Assembly: GCA_047602425.1 (NCBI GenBank)
Contig: JASGHG010000001.1
Coordinates: 3,232,001 to 3,296,000, forward strand
Direction of reading: 5' to 3'
From: Nibricoccus sp.
Lineage (GTDB): Bacteria; Verrucomicrobiota; Verrucomicrobiia; Opitutales; Opitutaceae
DNA: 64,000 bases
This document shows, piece after piece, positions 19,236-29,096 of this stretch (positions are counted from its first letter, which is position 1; every line of letters begins with the position of its first letter). A program made the translations under genes and the position numbers. The notes under the pieces are model-generated. The model did no database searches. It was not told where the DNA came from and saw only the letters and a list, made by a program, of their open reading frames with translations.

Positions 19236-19883
19236 ATGAGCCTGCTGGAGTACGGACTGCTCGCTTTCAGTTCGTTGTTCGCGATCGTCGATCCCATCGC
19301 GGCGATCCCGGCATATCTGGCGATGACGCCGAACGATTCGCAAGCGGCAAGGCTGCGCATGGCCCGCCTGGCCTGCATTGTGGCGACAGGCGCATTGCTC
19401 CTGTTTGCGCTCGCGGGCCCAAGAATTTTTTCCATGCTGGGCGTGACGCTGCCGGCCTTTCAATTTGCCGGTAGTCTGTTGTTGTTGAGAATCGCGTTCG
19501 ACATGTTGTATGCGAAACGTTCGGGCGTGCAGGAGACGGAGGAGGAGGTCGCGGCGGGCGCGGCGAAGGACGACATTGCCATCAGTCCGCTGGGCGTTCC
19601 GATGCTGGCCGGCCCCGGCGCGATTTCCAACGTACTCATTCTTACCACCAAGGCGGGCGATTGGGTGCACTACGGAATTTTATTGGGAAGCATCGCGGCG
19701 GTGGGAGCCGCCTCTTATCTGGTTTTGCGTGTGGCGGCACGGGGCGCGGCGTTTTTAAGCCCGCTGGTGTTGAAGCTGGTGACTCGCTTGATGGGTTTGG
19801 TCATCGCGGCGATCGCAGTGCAGTTCGCTTTCAACGCGCTGGCGGCGAGCGGTCTTTTTGGGAGCGCGCAGCCGGTTCACTGA
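19236..19883 (+). CDS. MarC family membrane protein
   Basis: LFAIVDP, DIAISPLGVPMLAGPGAI and TRLMGL motifs; about 6 TM helices. Confidence 0.93.
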   Translation: MSLLEYGLLAFSSLFAIVDPIAAIPAYLAMTPNDSQAARLRMARLACIVATGALLLFALAGPRIFSMLGVTLPAFQFAGSLLLLRIAFDMLYAKRSGVQETEEEVAAGAAKDDIAISPLGVPMLAGPGAISNVLILTTKAGDWVHYGILLGSIAAVGAASYLVLRVAARGAAFLSPLVLKLVTRLMGLVIAAIAVQFAFNALAASGLFGSAQPVH

Positions 19884-19938
19884 ACCGGCCGGCAGGAGAC
19901 GGACCAGGCATTTTTTCACGCCGGCCGTGTCCAAGCCG

Positions 19939-20952
19939 CTAAACCGTAGCGGATACAAAAAAGCTCGGAACGAAATCGCTGGCGATGCCGAGCGCGGCGA
20001 GGGAGCGGTAATGCGATTTCAGTTCGGCCTGGATGGCGAGAGGCTGGCCGTTGCAACCATCGTGCTCAGGGATGAAATTATCGGTGGCGAAATGTTCGTT
20101 TGTAGACGGGCCGAGCGGAAGGATTTTTTCGGGGAGCTTGTAGTCGGGCAGGGCGGCGAAAAATTTCGTGTTGGCGAAACCGGAGGCGCGAAGAAGTTCG
20201 TCGAGTTCGGCGCGGGTGAAAGTGAAACTGCGAAGGGGCTTGCCGGAATGCTTCTGCCATTTTTCGGTGGCGAGCGCGGCGTCGAAGACCGCGATGTTGG
20301 GCGGACCGATGTGGTCGTCGGGAGCGCCGAGCAGGTATTTCAGACCGAGGCGATTTTCGATGCCGATGACGAGTTGGCCGCCGGGTGCGAGAAGCGAGCG
20401 GGCGCGGTAGAGAAATTCAATCTGCACGTTTCGCGGGTTGCCGGCGCGGAATTTCGGCACCCATTCGAGCACGCCGACGCAGGTGACAAGGTCGAAGCGA
20501 GTCGTAAAGTCGACGTCGAAGAAGTCGCCTTGCAGGAAATACATCGAGGCATTGGTGCGGTCCTGTTGAGCGGCGGCCTGAATGAAGGCGAGGCGCTCGG
20601 GCGTGGGTTCAAGGGCGGTGACTAAGGCTTTGGCGTCGCGCGCGAGCGACAGCGCGATTTGGCCCCAACCGGAACCAATATCCAGAACCTTGGCGCCGGG
20701 CTTTGGCGGCTGCTGGCGGAAAAAGAGATCCCGCTTTGGGCTCGTTACGATCTGGTGCAGCCACGGATTGGTTTTGGCGTAACGAGACGCGACGACGTTG
20801 CGCCAAGGCTGGCCGGCTTGGACGGCGCGGACGATTTCCCAGAGCTCTTTGGCCGGCGCGTCGCGATAGGTGTCGGCGCTGGCAGGTTGCGGCGTCCAGC
20901 TTTCGCCGGGCTGGAGCGAATGGGGTTGGCCGCGATGGGAGAAGGAAATCAT
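19939..20952 (-). CDS. Class I SAM-dependent methyltransferase, polysaccharide-associated
   Basis: VLDIGSGWG, FDLVTCVGVLEW, LAPGG.LVIGIENRLG and PDYKLP; lies directly downstream of wzt. Confidence 0.88.
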   Translation of the reverse strand: MISFSHRGQPHSLQPGESWTPQPASADTYRDAPAKELWEIVRAVQAGQPWRNVVASRYAKTNPWLHQIVTSPKRDLFFRQQPPKPGAKVLDIGSGWGQIALSLARDAKALVTALEPTPERLAFIQAAAQQDRTNASMYFLQGDFFDVDFTTRFDLVTCVGVLEWVPKFRAGNPRNVQIEFLYRARSLLAPGGQLVIGIENRLGLKYLLGAPDDHIGPPNIAVFDAALATEKWQKHSGKPLRSFTFTRAELDELLRASGFANTKFFAALPDYKLPEKILPLGPSTNEHFATDNFIPEHDGCNGQPLAIQAELKSHYRSLAALGIASDFVPSFFVSATV

Positions 20953-20955
20953 GGT

Positions 20956-22422
20956 TCAGGCAACCGGGCGGGAGGAAATTTGCGCGCGGAGATTGGCGAT
21001 GCCAAAGGTTCGGTCGACGGCATGGATGTCGATTTTAACCGCATCGTAGCGGCGCTGGAGGACGACTAGTTTGTCACCGACAAAATGGGTGAAGCCGAAG
21101 GAAAGGAAGTAGCTGCCGGGCATCAAATCGAGCGGGAAGGAGAAATTCACCTCACGTTTTTCGCCGGTCTTCATGGGCGGAGCGGGCTGTTTGCTGAAAA
21201 GGGTGTTGGTGCCGTAGATTTCGACGCCTGCGGTGTTTTTGAGCGTGAGGGCGAAGATGGGTTCATGGAGGTCTTCGCGGGAGGCGACAATCATGCGCGC
21301 GACGATGCGTTCGCCGGAATTGAAGGTGGTGCGGGACACGCCCCCGGCATCGAAGGTGTCGACGGACTCGATGCGGCCGAGTTCGCCACCGTAGGCGAAT
21401 TCGTGCCCGCTGGCGGGAACATGGTCGCGTTCGTCAGAGAGAAGGGCGGTGTCGCGCGGATCGGTGGAAGGGGTGGAAAGCGGAAGGGCTGAAAGGCTGT
21501 CGGGAGTGGTTGGTTTGGCTGGTTCGGTTTGAGGTTTGGCGTTTGGGTTTTGGTCTTCCTTGGCGCGAAGCGCCACGATGTCGGATTGGAGGGAGTCAAT
21601 AGTTGTCCCATCGACGAGGAGCTTGGAGTATAAATTGACGACATCGTTGGGCTTTCCGGAGTAAACGATCTGACCGCGTTCGAGCAGAATCGCGTGATGG
21701 CACAGGCGTTTGACCAGGGATGCGTCGTGAGAAACAAAAAGGAGCGTGACGCCCTGGGCGATGAAGCGATCGATTGCGCGCGCGCATTTGAGTTGGAAAC
21801 GCGCATCTCCGACGGAAAGGGCTTCATCGACGATGAGAATATCGGGATCGACGTGGGCGGCGACCGCAAAGGCCAGGCGCACGATCATGCCGGACGAGTA
21901 GATTTTGACTGGTTGGTCAATGAAATCGCCGATCTCGGCAAAAGCGACAATGGCGTCGAACCGTTCAGCCATTTGGTCGCGGCTGAGACCGAGGATCGCG
22001 CCGTTGATAAAAACATTCTCGCGGCCGGTGAACTCGGGATTGAAGCCGGATCCGAGTTCAAGCAGCGCCGAGATTCGCCCGGAGACCGAGAGTTGGCCAT
22101 GGGTCGGCGTGAGCGTGCCGGCGATCATTTGCAGCAGGGTGCTTTTACCGGAGCCATTGCGCCCAATGATGCCGATCGCTTCGCCGCGCTTGATGTTCAG
22201 CGATACATCGCGCAAGGCGTGGAAATCCCGGAAGCCGAGGGCGGCTCGCGCATTGATTGTTTTGCGCATCTTCGACTCGCCCGGAAAAAGCAGGGCAAGT
22301 CCTTCCAGAATCGGGCTTTTGAAGCGTGCTGAAGGATTTTTCCAGATGCGATAGACTTTGCTCAAGCCTTGGGCCTGGATGATGGTTTCGCTGGACGAGG
22401 AAATGGAGTCCGGGGATGGCAT
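20956..22422 (-). CDS. wzt: O-antigen/polysaccharide ABC transporter ATPase with Wzt C-terminal domain
   Basis: GRNGSGKST, YSSGM..RLAF and ILIVDEAL motifs; C-terminal Ig-like domain (IYGTNT...L.PGSY.LS). Confidence 0.93.
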   Translation of the reverse strand: MPSPDSISSSSETIIQAQGLSKVYRIWKNPSARFKSPILEGLALLFPGESKMRKTINARAALGFRDFHALRDVSLNIKRGEAIGIIGRNGSGKSTLLQMIAGTLTPTHGQLSVSGRISALLELGSGFNPEFTGRENVFINGAILGLSRDQMAERFDAIVAFAEIGDFIDQPVKIYSSGMIVRLAFAVAAHVDPDILIVDEALSVGDARFQLKCARAIDRFIAQGVTLLFVSHDASLVKRLCHHAILLERGQIVYSGKPNDVVNLYSKLLVDGTTIDSLQSDIVALRAKEDQNPNAKPQTEPAKPTTPDSLSALPLSTPSTDPRDTALLSDERDHVPASGHEFAYGGELGRIESVDTFDAGGVSRTTFNSGERIVARMIVASREDLHEPIFALTLKNTAGVEIYGTNTLFSKQPAPPMKTGEKREVNFSFPLDLMPGSYFLSFGFTHFVGDKLVVLQRRYDAVKIDIHAVDRTFGIANLRAQISSRPVA

Positions 22423-22426
22423 GGCA

Positions 22427-23275
22427 TCAAATCACGTCGGCGAAAGCGTGCTTGGTTTTTTGGAAAAACACGCGGCCGGCGACGCAAAAAGCGGCTCCGG
22501 CAATCCAGGTGAAAGCAAGGTGTTTTAGGTTGAGCGGTTGGTTCCAGAGCAGAGCCTGGCGGCTGAGTTCCACCGTGTGGAGGAGCGGATTCCATTTGAG
22601 CAGCGGCCACCAACCTTTTTCGACGGCTTTCCCCGTGGAGTAGAAGATCGCGCTGCCGTAGAGGACGATCTGGGAAGTGATCTGCGTGATATGGGTGATG
22701 TCGCGGAAAAAAACACCAAGCGCGGATATGAACCAGCTGACGCCCAGCGTGAAAAGGATGAGCGGGCCAAGGATGAGCGGCATCCAGAGTAAACCGCCAA
22801 AATACACCGGCTTGCCGATTAATACTGCACCGACAAAGAGCAGGGTCATGTTGATCAGGAAGTGAAACCAATACGCGGAGACATTGGCGAGCGGCAGGAT
22901 TTCCAACGGGAAAACAACTTTTTTGACCAGATTGGGGTTTCCAACGATCAGGTGCGGCGAGGCGGCAATCGTCTCGGAAACGACGTGGAAAAGCGAAAGT
23001 CCCAGGAATACCGCGAGGGCGAAATCGTAGGAATCGCCGTAGATCTTGCTGCCGAAAATCTCGCCGAAAACCACCACATAGAGCGAAAGCATGAGCAGCG
23101 GATTGAGCACGAGCCAGACCGCGCCGAGGAAACTGCCTCGGTGGCGCACCTCAACGGCGCGCACGGCGAATTGCCACCAGAGTTCGCGTTTGCGGGCGAA
23201 GCCGCTGAGTAAAGGCGTCAGTTTGGAGATCACGTCGGTAGCCAGAAGTTTCGATGACGGAAGCGGGTTGGACAC
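22427..23275 (-). CDS. wzm: ABC-2 polysaccharide export permease
   Basis: RGSFLG..W..LNPL, NLVKKVVFPLE, FFRD, NP and FADVI motifs. GTG start inferred. Confidence 0.92.
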   Translation of the reverse strand: MSNPLPSSKLLATDVISKLTPLLSGFARKRELWWQFAVRAVEVRHRGSFLGAVWLVLNPLLMLSLYVVVFGEIFGSKIYGDSYDFALAVFLGLSLFHVVSETIAASPHLIVGNPNLVKKVVFPLEILPLANVSAYWFHFLINMTLLFVGAVLIGKPVYFGGLLWMPLILGPLILFTLGVSWFISALGVFFRDITHITQITSQIVLYGSAIFYSTGKAVEKGWWPLLKWNPLLHTVELSRQALLWNQPLNLKHLAFTWIAGAAFCVAGRVFFQKTKHAFADVI

Positions 23276-23375
23276 AAATCTAAACTTTTGGAACGAAGAA
23301 GTGGCTTTCCAGTCCCAAGAGGGCAGGAACAAAGCCTTTACAGGCCGCGCAAGGCTATCTTGGATAACTACTCCC

Positions 23376-24884
23376 TTGAAATTCTTCAGGAAAAATCTGT
23401 CTTTTTGTATCGCCCTGGTGGTTGGGGCTTGGGCATGCCCGGCCTCGGCGCAACCGGCGGAGGCGAAACCCCTCGCCCCAGCGGCGGATCCGGATGAAGT
23501 GCTTCGCGCCGCGCTTCCGGAAAACGCATTGCCGGATTTGAAGGCAGCACTTGAACGAGGAATGAGCCAGTCGTCGCAGGTGATCGGCCGACTCCTCGAC
23601 CTCGACCAAGCAAGGGCCAGCGAAAAACAGGCGCGTTCCCCGATGCTGCCATATGCTTCGGCCTCGGTCGGTTTGGGCGTTGCGCGAAATCGTTACGACT
23701 ACGATGCCTACCCAATCAAGAATTCAAATGGCGAACAGCAGTATGATGAAAATGGTCTGCCGAAGATGCAGCCAGCCGACTCGTCGACCGCGGTTGTGCA
23801 GGATTTATCCTACAACGCAGGCATGAGCCAGCCGGTTTATCACTGGGGCGCGCTGAAAAAAAACTACCAGTCGGCCCAACTCCAGAAGGCCATCGCGACA
23901 CGCAACGTGGAGGAAATCCGCCGCACGTTGGCTAACGAGATTCGACGCGCTTACTTCAACCTTATCGCAGCTTCGAATGCGCTCGAGGTTGAAAAAACGA
24001 CGCTGGCTAAATTTGAGGAGGAACGCGATTTTTTCCAAAAGCAGTCGAAGGACGGCTTTGTGACGGCAAGTATCGCGAGTTCGGCCGAAACGAGGGTCGA
24101 GGATTACAAACTTACGATGCAACGTTCGCGAAACGCCTTCGAGGCGCAATGGAACGCTTTTTGCGATCTGACCGGGCTCGAACGTGGCGCGCCGATCCCG
24201 GTTTTTCCGAAAGAGATTCCGGCCGTGAGCGCGGAAGTAAAACCGATTTTGCCCAAGCTGGCGCCCGATCCAGGTCCATATACGCCGATCAATTTGCAAA
24301 ACGCAGAAGACAATGTGCGTGTTGAAAAATTGAACTACGAAATAGCCGCCACGCGCTTGCGGCCGAAACTCAATATGGGCCTCAATGCGAATCGCGGTTA
24401 CCATTCTCCCGACACAGCGGTTGGTTTCGGTGGACCTTATATGCTGACGAGTGTAGGCGTCAGCGCGAACGTGAGTTGGGCGATCTTCGATGGTTTTAGT
24501 ACTTCGGCCGCGAAGCAGACCTACAAAATCCGCCAGCGCCAACAGGAGCGTACGCGCGATCAGGCAAAGAAAGACTACGACGAAACGCTGAAAACCAATT
24601 TGACGAATTTGCGCCTGAACCTGAAGCCTTTGGAAACGGCCGATCTCGGTCTGACCAGTGCGCGCGACAGTGTCACAACCGCGCAAAAGGACTATGAACT
24701 CGGCGTCGTTCAAAAGCAGACGGTCGACACTTATCAAACCTACGTCGACAGCGCCTTGGCGGCTGCCAATAACGCCCGAGCCGACTACTACATCCAAATC
24801 GCCACTTATCTTTCGCTGCGTGGCAAGGATCCGGCGGTCAACTACCGGCCAGGACAAAAATTTTCCGATGCGTCTAAAAAATAA
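23376..24884 (+). CDS. TolC-family outer membrane efflux protein
   Basis: Signal peptide ending ASA-Q, two OEP-like repeats (MLP...SQPVYHWG; LRPKL...SWAIFDGF), precedes MFP and ABC genes. TTG start inferred. Confidence 0.85.
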   Translation: MKFFRKNLSFCIALVVGAWACPASAQPAEAKPLAPAADPDEVLRAALPENALPDLKAALERGMSQSSQVIGRLLDLDQARASEKQARSPMLPYASASVGLGVARNRYDYDAYPIKNSNGEQQYDENGLPKMQPADSSTAVVQDLSYNAGMSQPVYHWGALKKNYQSAQLQKAIATRNVEEIRRTLANEIRRAYFNLIAASNALEVEKTTLAKFEEERDFFQKQSKDGFVTASIASSAETRVEDYKLTMQRSRNAFEAQWNAFCDLTGLERGAPIPVFPKEIPAVSAEVKPILPKLAPDPGPYTPINLQNAEDNVRVEKLNYEIAATRLRPKLNMGLNANRGYHSPDTAVGFGGPYMLTSVGVSANVSWAIFDGFSTSAAKQTYKIRQRQQERTRDQAKKDYDETLKTNLTNLRLNLKPLETADLGLTSARDSVTTAQKDYELGVVQKQTVDTYQTYVDSALAAANNARADYYIQIATYLSLRGKDPAVNYRPGQKFSDASKK

Positions 24885-25989
24885 AATCATTACTTTCGCG
24901 GCAATTACCGCGCTAGCCGCAGGAGGTTGGTTCGGCTATCAGCAATTCGTGCCCGAGGCCATGGTCGCCCGTGTTGTCCGTGGCACCGCTGTGCAAGCCG
25001 TGCCGGCCAATGTCATTGTCTTTCCTGAATCGATCATGGAGATCAAGGCCGAGCATGGCGGCCGCGTGTTGAAACGGCTCGCGAAAAAAGGCCAGAACGT
25101 AAAGGAGGGCGATATCCTGTTCGAAATCGATGGCACCGATCTGCAAATCGAGATCGAGCGCATCGAAATCGACCAAAAGGCCACGAAGGCGCGCATTGAA
25201 CTGGGCTCGCCACTGCGCTTCGACATCGCCAATGCGGAGGAGAATGTGAAGAAGAACACGCGTTTGTTCGAGACTGGCCGTTTGGCTCAAATCGAGTTCG
25301 ACCAAATCAAACGCAATTTGGAAATCCTGAAAGATCGGTTAAAGAACGAGGAAATTTCCAACGCGCAGACGCTTTCCAATTTCGAAAACACACTGAAAAA
25401 AAACCGCCGTGCGCTCGAAAAAATGAAAGTTCTCGCACCCGCCGATGGCACGGTGATCGATCTTAATGCCGAGCCCGGCGACTTGATCGGCGGAAACCAG
25501 ACTCTGGCGCGTGTGATTTCGAAAACACGTCGAGTCGAGGCGCAGATCAGCGAGGAAAACATCGCCGGCGTCCGGCCCGGCTTGCTTGTCGCTGTGTATT
25601 TGCTCGGGTACTACGGCGAACGTTTCACCGGCAAGGTCGAGGGGGTTCTCGCCAGCGCCGACGAACGCACGAAACGTTACACGGCCTATCTTAACCTCGA
25701 CATTCCGTTGGAGCGTTTGACTCCCGGCCTGACGGGCGAAGCGAGCATCACCGTCGACCAGCGTGAAAACACCCTCACGGTCGAGCGTCGCGCGCTGATG
25801 GGCAGCAAACTCTATCTGGTGCGCGGCGGCCGTGTGCAAATCACGCCGATCGAGATGGGTTTCAACAACCAGAAATTTGCCGAAATTCAGTCCGGAGCTA
25901 AAGAGGGCGACGAGTATATCGTCGATGATCTTTCCGGCTTCCGCGACGGTCAGCGCATTCGCACCAAGCGCGAAACGATCGCCAAATAA
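24868..25989 (+). CDS. Periplasmic adaptor (membrane fusion) protein
   Basis: N-terminal TM, lipoyl halves (KKGQNVKEGD.L; LAPADGTV) and a coiled-coil hairpin. Confidence 0.9.
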   Translation: MRLKNKIITFAAITALAAGGWFGYQQFVPEAMVARVVRGTAVQAVPANVIVFPESIMEIKAEHGGRVLKRLAKKGQNVKEGDILFEIDGTDLQIEIERIEIDQKATKARIELGSPLRFDIANAEENVKKNTRLFETGRLAQIEFDQIKRNLEILKDRLKNEEISNAQTLSNFENTLKKNRRALEKMKVLAPADGTVIDLNAEPGDLIGGNQTLARVISKTRRVEAQISEENIAGVRPGLLVAVYLLGYYGERFTGKVEGVLASADERTKRYTAYLNLDIPLERLTPGLTGEASITVDQRENTLTVERRALMGSKLYLVRGGRVQITPIEMGFNNQKFAEIQSGAKEGDEYIVDDLSGFRDGQRIRTKRETIAK

Positions 25990-27243
25990 ATGCCCACGAC
26001 GCTGCGTATTGCTCTGCGGTTCTTGCTCGCGAAGCGGCGTGCCATGGCGATGAGCCTGACCGGCATCGCACTCGGTGTGGGCTTTATCGTGCTCACGCAG
26101 GCGATCACGACAGGTTTCCAGGCATTTTTCATTCAGACGATTCTCGGTGCCGACGGCGCGATTCGCGTGGAGGACAAGGTTCAAATTAGCAACGTCGACA
26201 TCGAGGTCGAAACCGCGGGTGGCAAGTCCGCAGCCGCTTCCGTCAAAGCTGAAAGCAACCGCAAATACCTCGAAGGTGTTTACGAACCGCGATTGCAGAT
26301 CGAGGCGATCAAAACCCTTCCCGATGTGCGTGGCGTATCTGAAGTGGTGCGCGGCAATGTTCTTATCCAGTCCGCCACGCGCGAGGAATCGGCGCAGGTT
26401 TTCGGCATCAAACTCGAAGACCATCTGACAGTTTCCGATCTCGACCGGCAGATTGTGATTGGCAGTGCGACAGAGTTTCGTGAATCGCCCTCGGGGGTCA
26501 TGATCGGCAAAGTTCTCGCCGAACGTCTTAAGGCCCGACTGGGCGATTCTGTGCTCATTGCGTACGCGGGTGTTTCCACACGCTACAAAATCACCGCCAT
26601 TTACGAGACGGGTGTGCGCGACATCGACAAGACGCGAATTTTTATGCACCTCGGCGAGGCCCGTACGCTGCTCAAGCGGCCTTTCGGCGCGACGTTTTTG
26701 CAGGTGAGTTTGCACACGCCCGATCGGGCGCCTGCGCTGGCGAATGTGATCGGCGATATCACGGGTCACCGCGCAACGAGTTGGAAGGAGCGCGAGCAAG
26801 TCTGGCTGCAAGTGTTCACATTTTTCCGCATCCTCGCAGGAATCACGGTTTCCACGATCATCATCGTTTCCGGCCTCGGCATGTTCAATACGCTCGCGAT
26901 GATAGTCATGGAGAAGACCAAGGAAATCGCGATTCTGCGCTCGATGGGTTACACACGGCGCGACATCGCCTCGACCTTCATGATGCAAGGTCTGCTCGTG
27001 CTTGGCGCGGGCTTGTTGTTGGGGTGGACGTTTGGCGCGCTGAGCACGTGGATAACTGAAAACATTCCCATCAAAGTCACGGGTATTTTCACCACCGACC
27101 ACGTCGTGGTGGAGTGGGATTACTGGCACTACCTTGGCGCAGGCTTGGCCGCAGCGGTCGTCGTCATGATCGCCAGTTGGTTCCCGGCTCGCAAAGCCGC
27201 GCATATGGAACCGGCTGACATTATTCGGGGAGCTTCGCAATGA
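25990..27243 (+). CDS. ABC transporter permease, LolC/E-FtsX-MacB type
   Basis: IALRFL...GIALGV, EKTKEIAILRSMG and PARKAA..EP motifs. Confidence 0.92.
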   Translation: MPTTLRIALRFLLAKRRAMAMSLTGIALGVGFIVLTQAITTGFQAFFIQTILGADGAIRVEDKVQISNVDIEVETAGGKSAAASVKAESNRKYLEGVYEPRLQIEAIKTLPDVRGVSEVVRGNVLIQSATREESAQVFGIKLEDHLTVSDLDRQIVIGSATEFRESPSGVMIGKVLAERLKARLGDSVLIAYAGVSTRYKITAIYETGVRDIDKTRIFMHLGEARTLLKRPFGATFLQVSLHTPDRAPALANVIGDITGHRATSWKEREQVWLQVFTFFRILAGITVSTIIIVSGLGMFNTLAMIVMEKTKEIAILRSMGYTRRDIASTFMMQGLLVLGAGLLLGWTFGALSTWITENIPIKVTGIFTTDHVVVEWDYWHYLGAGLAAAVVVMIASWFPARKAAHMEPADIIRGASQ

Positions 27244-27968
27244 GCGACACACCGCAAACTCCTGCTACCGCCAAAAAGCCGTTGCCGCAGCCCGGCTCCG
27301 TGGCGATTCGTTGTGCGAAGCTCACGCGTTATCTTGGTCAGGGCGAGGGGAGGGTGCATGTTTTGCGCGAAGTTTCCTTCGAGGCCACGGCGGGCACCGT
27401 CACGGCGATCGTCGGTCCGTCGGGTTGCGGCAAGAGCACGCTGCTCTATTTGCTCGGACTTCTCGACCGTCCCGAAGGCGGCGAAATCTGGATCGGCGGC
27501 AAAAATCTTGCCCATGCCGACGACGAACAGCGCACCGCCACGCGCAATGAGCACATAGGTTTCGTTTTTCAATTTCACTTTCTGCTGCCCGAGTTCACCG
27601 CGCTCGAAAATGTGATGCTGCCGATGCAGAAACTCGGTCGCCTGCCGCGGACCGAGATGATTTCGCGGGCAACGAAGCTCCTGGCCGACGTGGGCCTCGG
27701 TGAAAAAACACACCGCCTCGCCACGCAGCTCTCCGGCGGCGAACAACAACGCGTCGCCATCGCGCGCGCGCTCGCGAATCAGCCTTCGATCATCCTCGCC
27801 GACGAACCGACGGGAAATCTCGACGTGAAAAATTCCGCGATCGTTTTCGATCTACTCACGCGTCTCGCGAAGGAGAATGGCCAGGCAATCGTGCTTGTCA
27901 CCCATAACCCGGAGATCGCCAACAAATGCGACGCGGTTCGCCCGATGCGTGACGGCGTGTTTATCTGA
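27240..27968 (+). CDS. ABC transporter ATP-binding protein, LolD/MacB type
   Basis: GPSGCGKST, FVFQFHFLLPEF, LSGGEQQR, ADEPTGNLD and VTH. Confidence 0.95.
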   Translation: MSDTPQTPATAKKPLPQPGSVAIRCAKLTRYLGQGEGRVHVLREVSFEATAGTVTAIVGPSGCGKSTLLYLLGLLDRPEGGEIWIGGKNLAHADDEQRTATRNEHIGFVFQFHFLLPEFTALENVMLPMQKLGRLPRTEMISRATKLLADVGLGEKTHRLATQLSGGEQQRVAIARALANQPSIILADEPTGNLDVKNSAIVFDLLTRLAKENGQAIVLVTHNPEIANKCDAVRPMRDGVFI

Positions 27969-28204
27969 TAGCTGCCGAGGTCAAATGCGTCGCGAGCAGT
28001 TTAGTTAATGGAGCGGTTTCCTATTAGTTCTGTTTCCATCGATTGAACTTCTGCCTGCGATAAGCAAAAACGAAGGCTTGGCTGTCGGGCTAGTAGTTTT
28101 CTATGTAATGGCGTTTGCTATTAGAGAATTTGGTTTACATGGATTTTCTGTCCGACTTCGTTGCACCACTAAACTTTAACCACTGAATCTAGCCTTTCTA
28201 CCCT

Positions 28205-28393
28205 GTGAGCTCACACACCACGCGTAAATCATTTCTGGCTCAGATGCTTGGAGTGCTCGCGAGCGTTGGCCTCGCTTCCAAGCTGGTCGCTCGTCCGGCG
28301 GCTGCCGCCACGCAAACCGCGACCGAATCCGCCACTCCTGTGAAGGTGAGTGCCGAACCGCGCGCCGTGGCTCGCTCGCAAGATTCAGTCTGA
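28205..28393 (+). CDS. Small protein resembling a twin-arginine signal peptide (62 aa)
   Basis: T-R-K-S-F-L motif, hydrophobic stretch and AAAA; first ORF in front of the act operon. Confidence 0.55.
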   Translation: MSSHTTRKSFLAQMLGVLASVGLASKLVARPAAAATQTATESATPVKVSAEPRAVARSQDSV

Positions 28394-28430
28394 TTTTTCA
28401 GTCGTTTCCCAACCGTAGAACCAACGGCCC

Positions 28431-29096
28431 ATGTCGAAAATTTTCCCGAAATCGGCCAACCGCCTCCCGCTTCAGATCATTATTTTTGTGATCGTGCTCG
28501 CCGGGGTGGTGACCGCAGCCACCACGTATTACGCGACGCCGAAGTATACACGCGTTGGTTATGCCCCGGTCCAACCGGTGCCATACAGTCACGCGCTTCA
28601 CGTCGACAAACTCGGCCTCGATTGCCGCTACTGCCACTCGAATGTCGAGAAATCGGGCGTGGCCAATCTCCCGACCGCGCAGACCTGCATGAACTGTCAT
28701 GGCACGGTCAAGGCCGACAGTCCGCTTCTCGCGCCTGTGCGCGCTGCCTTCCAATCCGGCGAACCGCTTCAATGGGTGCGCGTTCATCAACTGCCCGACT
28801 ACGTCTATTTCAACCATTCCGTTCACGTCAGCCGCGGTGTTTCCTGTGTGAGTTGCCACGGAAAGATCAACGAAATGGAAACCGTTTATCATGCGAAGTC
28901 GCTGAGCATGGGTTTCTGCCTCGATTGTCATCGCAACCCGCAGGCCAACGTCCGCCCGCCTGACCAAGTCACCAATCTCAACTGGGATCCGTCGCAGACG
29001 AAGATCGACGGCAAAACTCACGCCGAATGGGCCGCTGAGTTTGTGAAGAACAACAAGATCAAGCCTCCGCAAAGCTGCACCGGCTGCCACCGATGA
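28431..29096 (+). CDS. actA: Alternative complex III pentaheme cytochrome c subunit ActA
   Basis: Five CxxCH motifs (CRYCH, CMNCH, CVSCH, CLDCH, CTGCH), QPVPYSH, LPDYVYFNH and an N-terminal TM. Confidence 0.95.
   Translation: MSKIFPKSANRLPLQIIIFVIVLAGVVTAATTYYATPKYTRVGYAPVQPVPYSHALHVDKLGLDCRYCHSNVEKSGVANLPTAQTCMNCHGTVKADSPLLAPVRAAFQSGEPLQWVRVHQLPDYVYFNHSVHVSRGVSCVSCHGKINEMETVYHAKSLSMGFCLDCHRNPQANVRPPDQVTNLNWDPSQTKIDGKTHAEWAAEFVKNNKIKPPQSCTGCHR

Noticed and set aside
27969..28204. FNR or sigma54 site upstream of the ACIII-cbb3 operon
   Set aside because: No TTGAT-N4-ATCAA and no correctly spaced GG-N10-GC motif that I could support.
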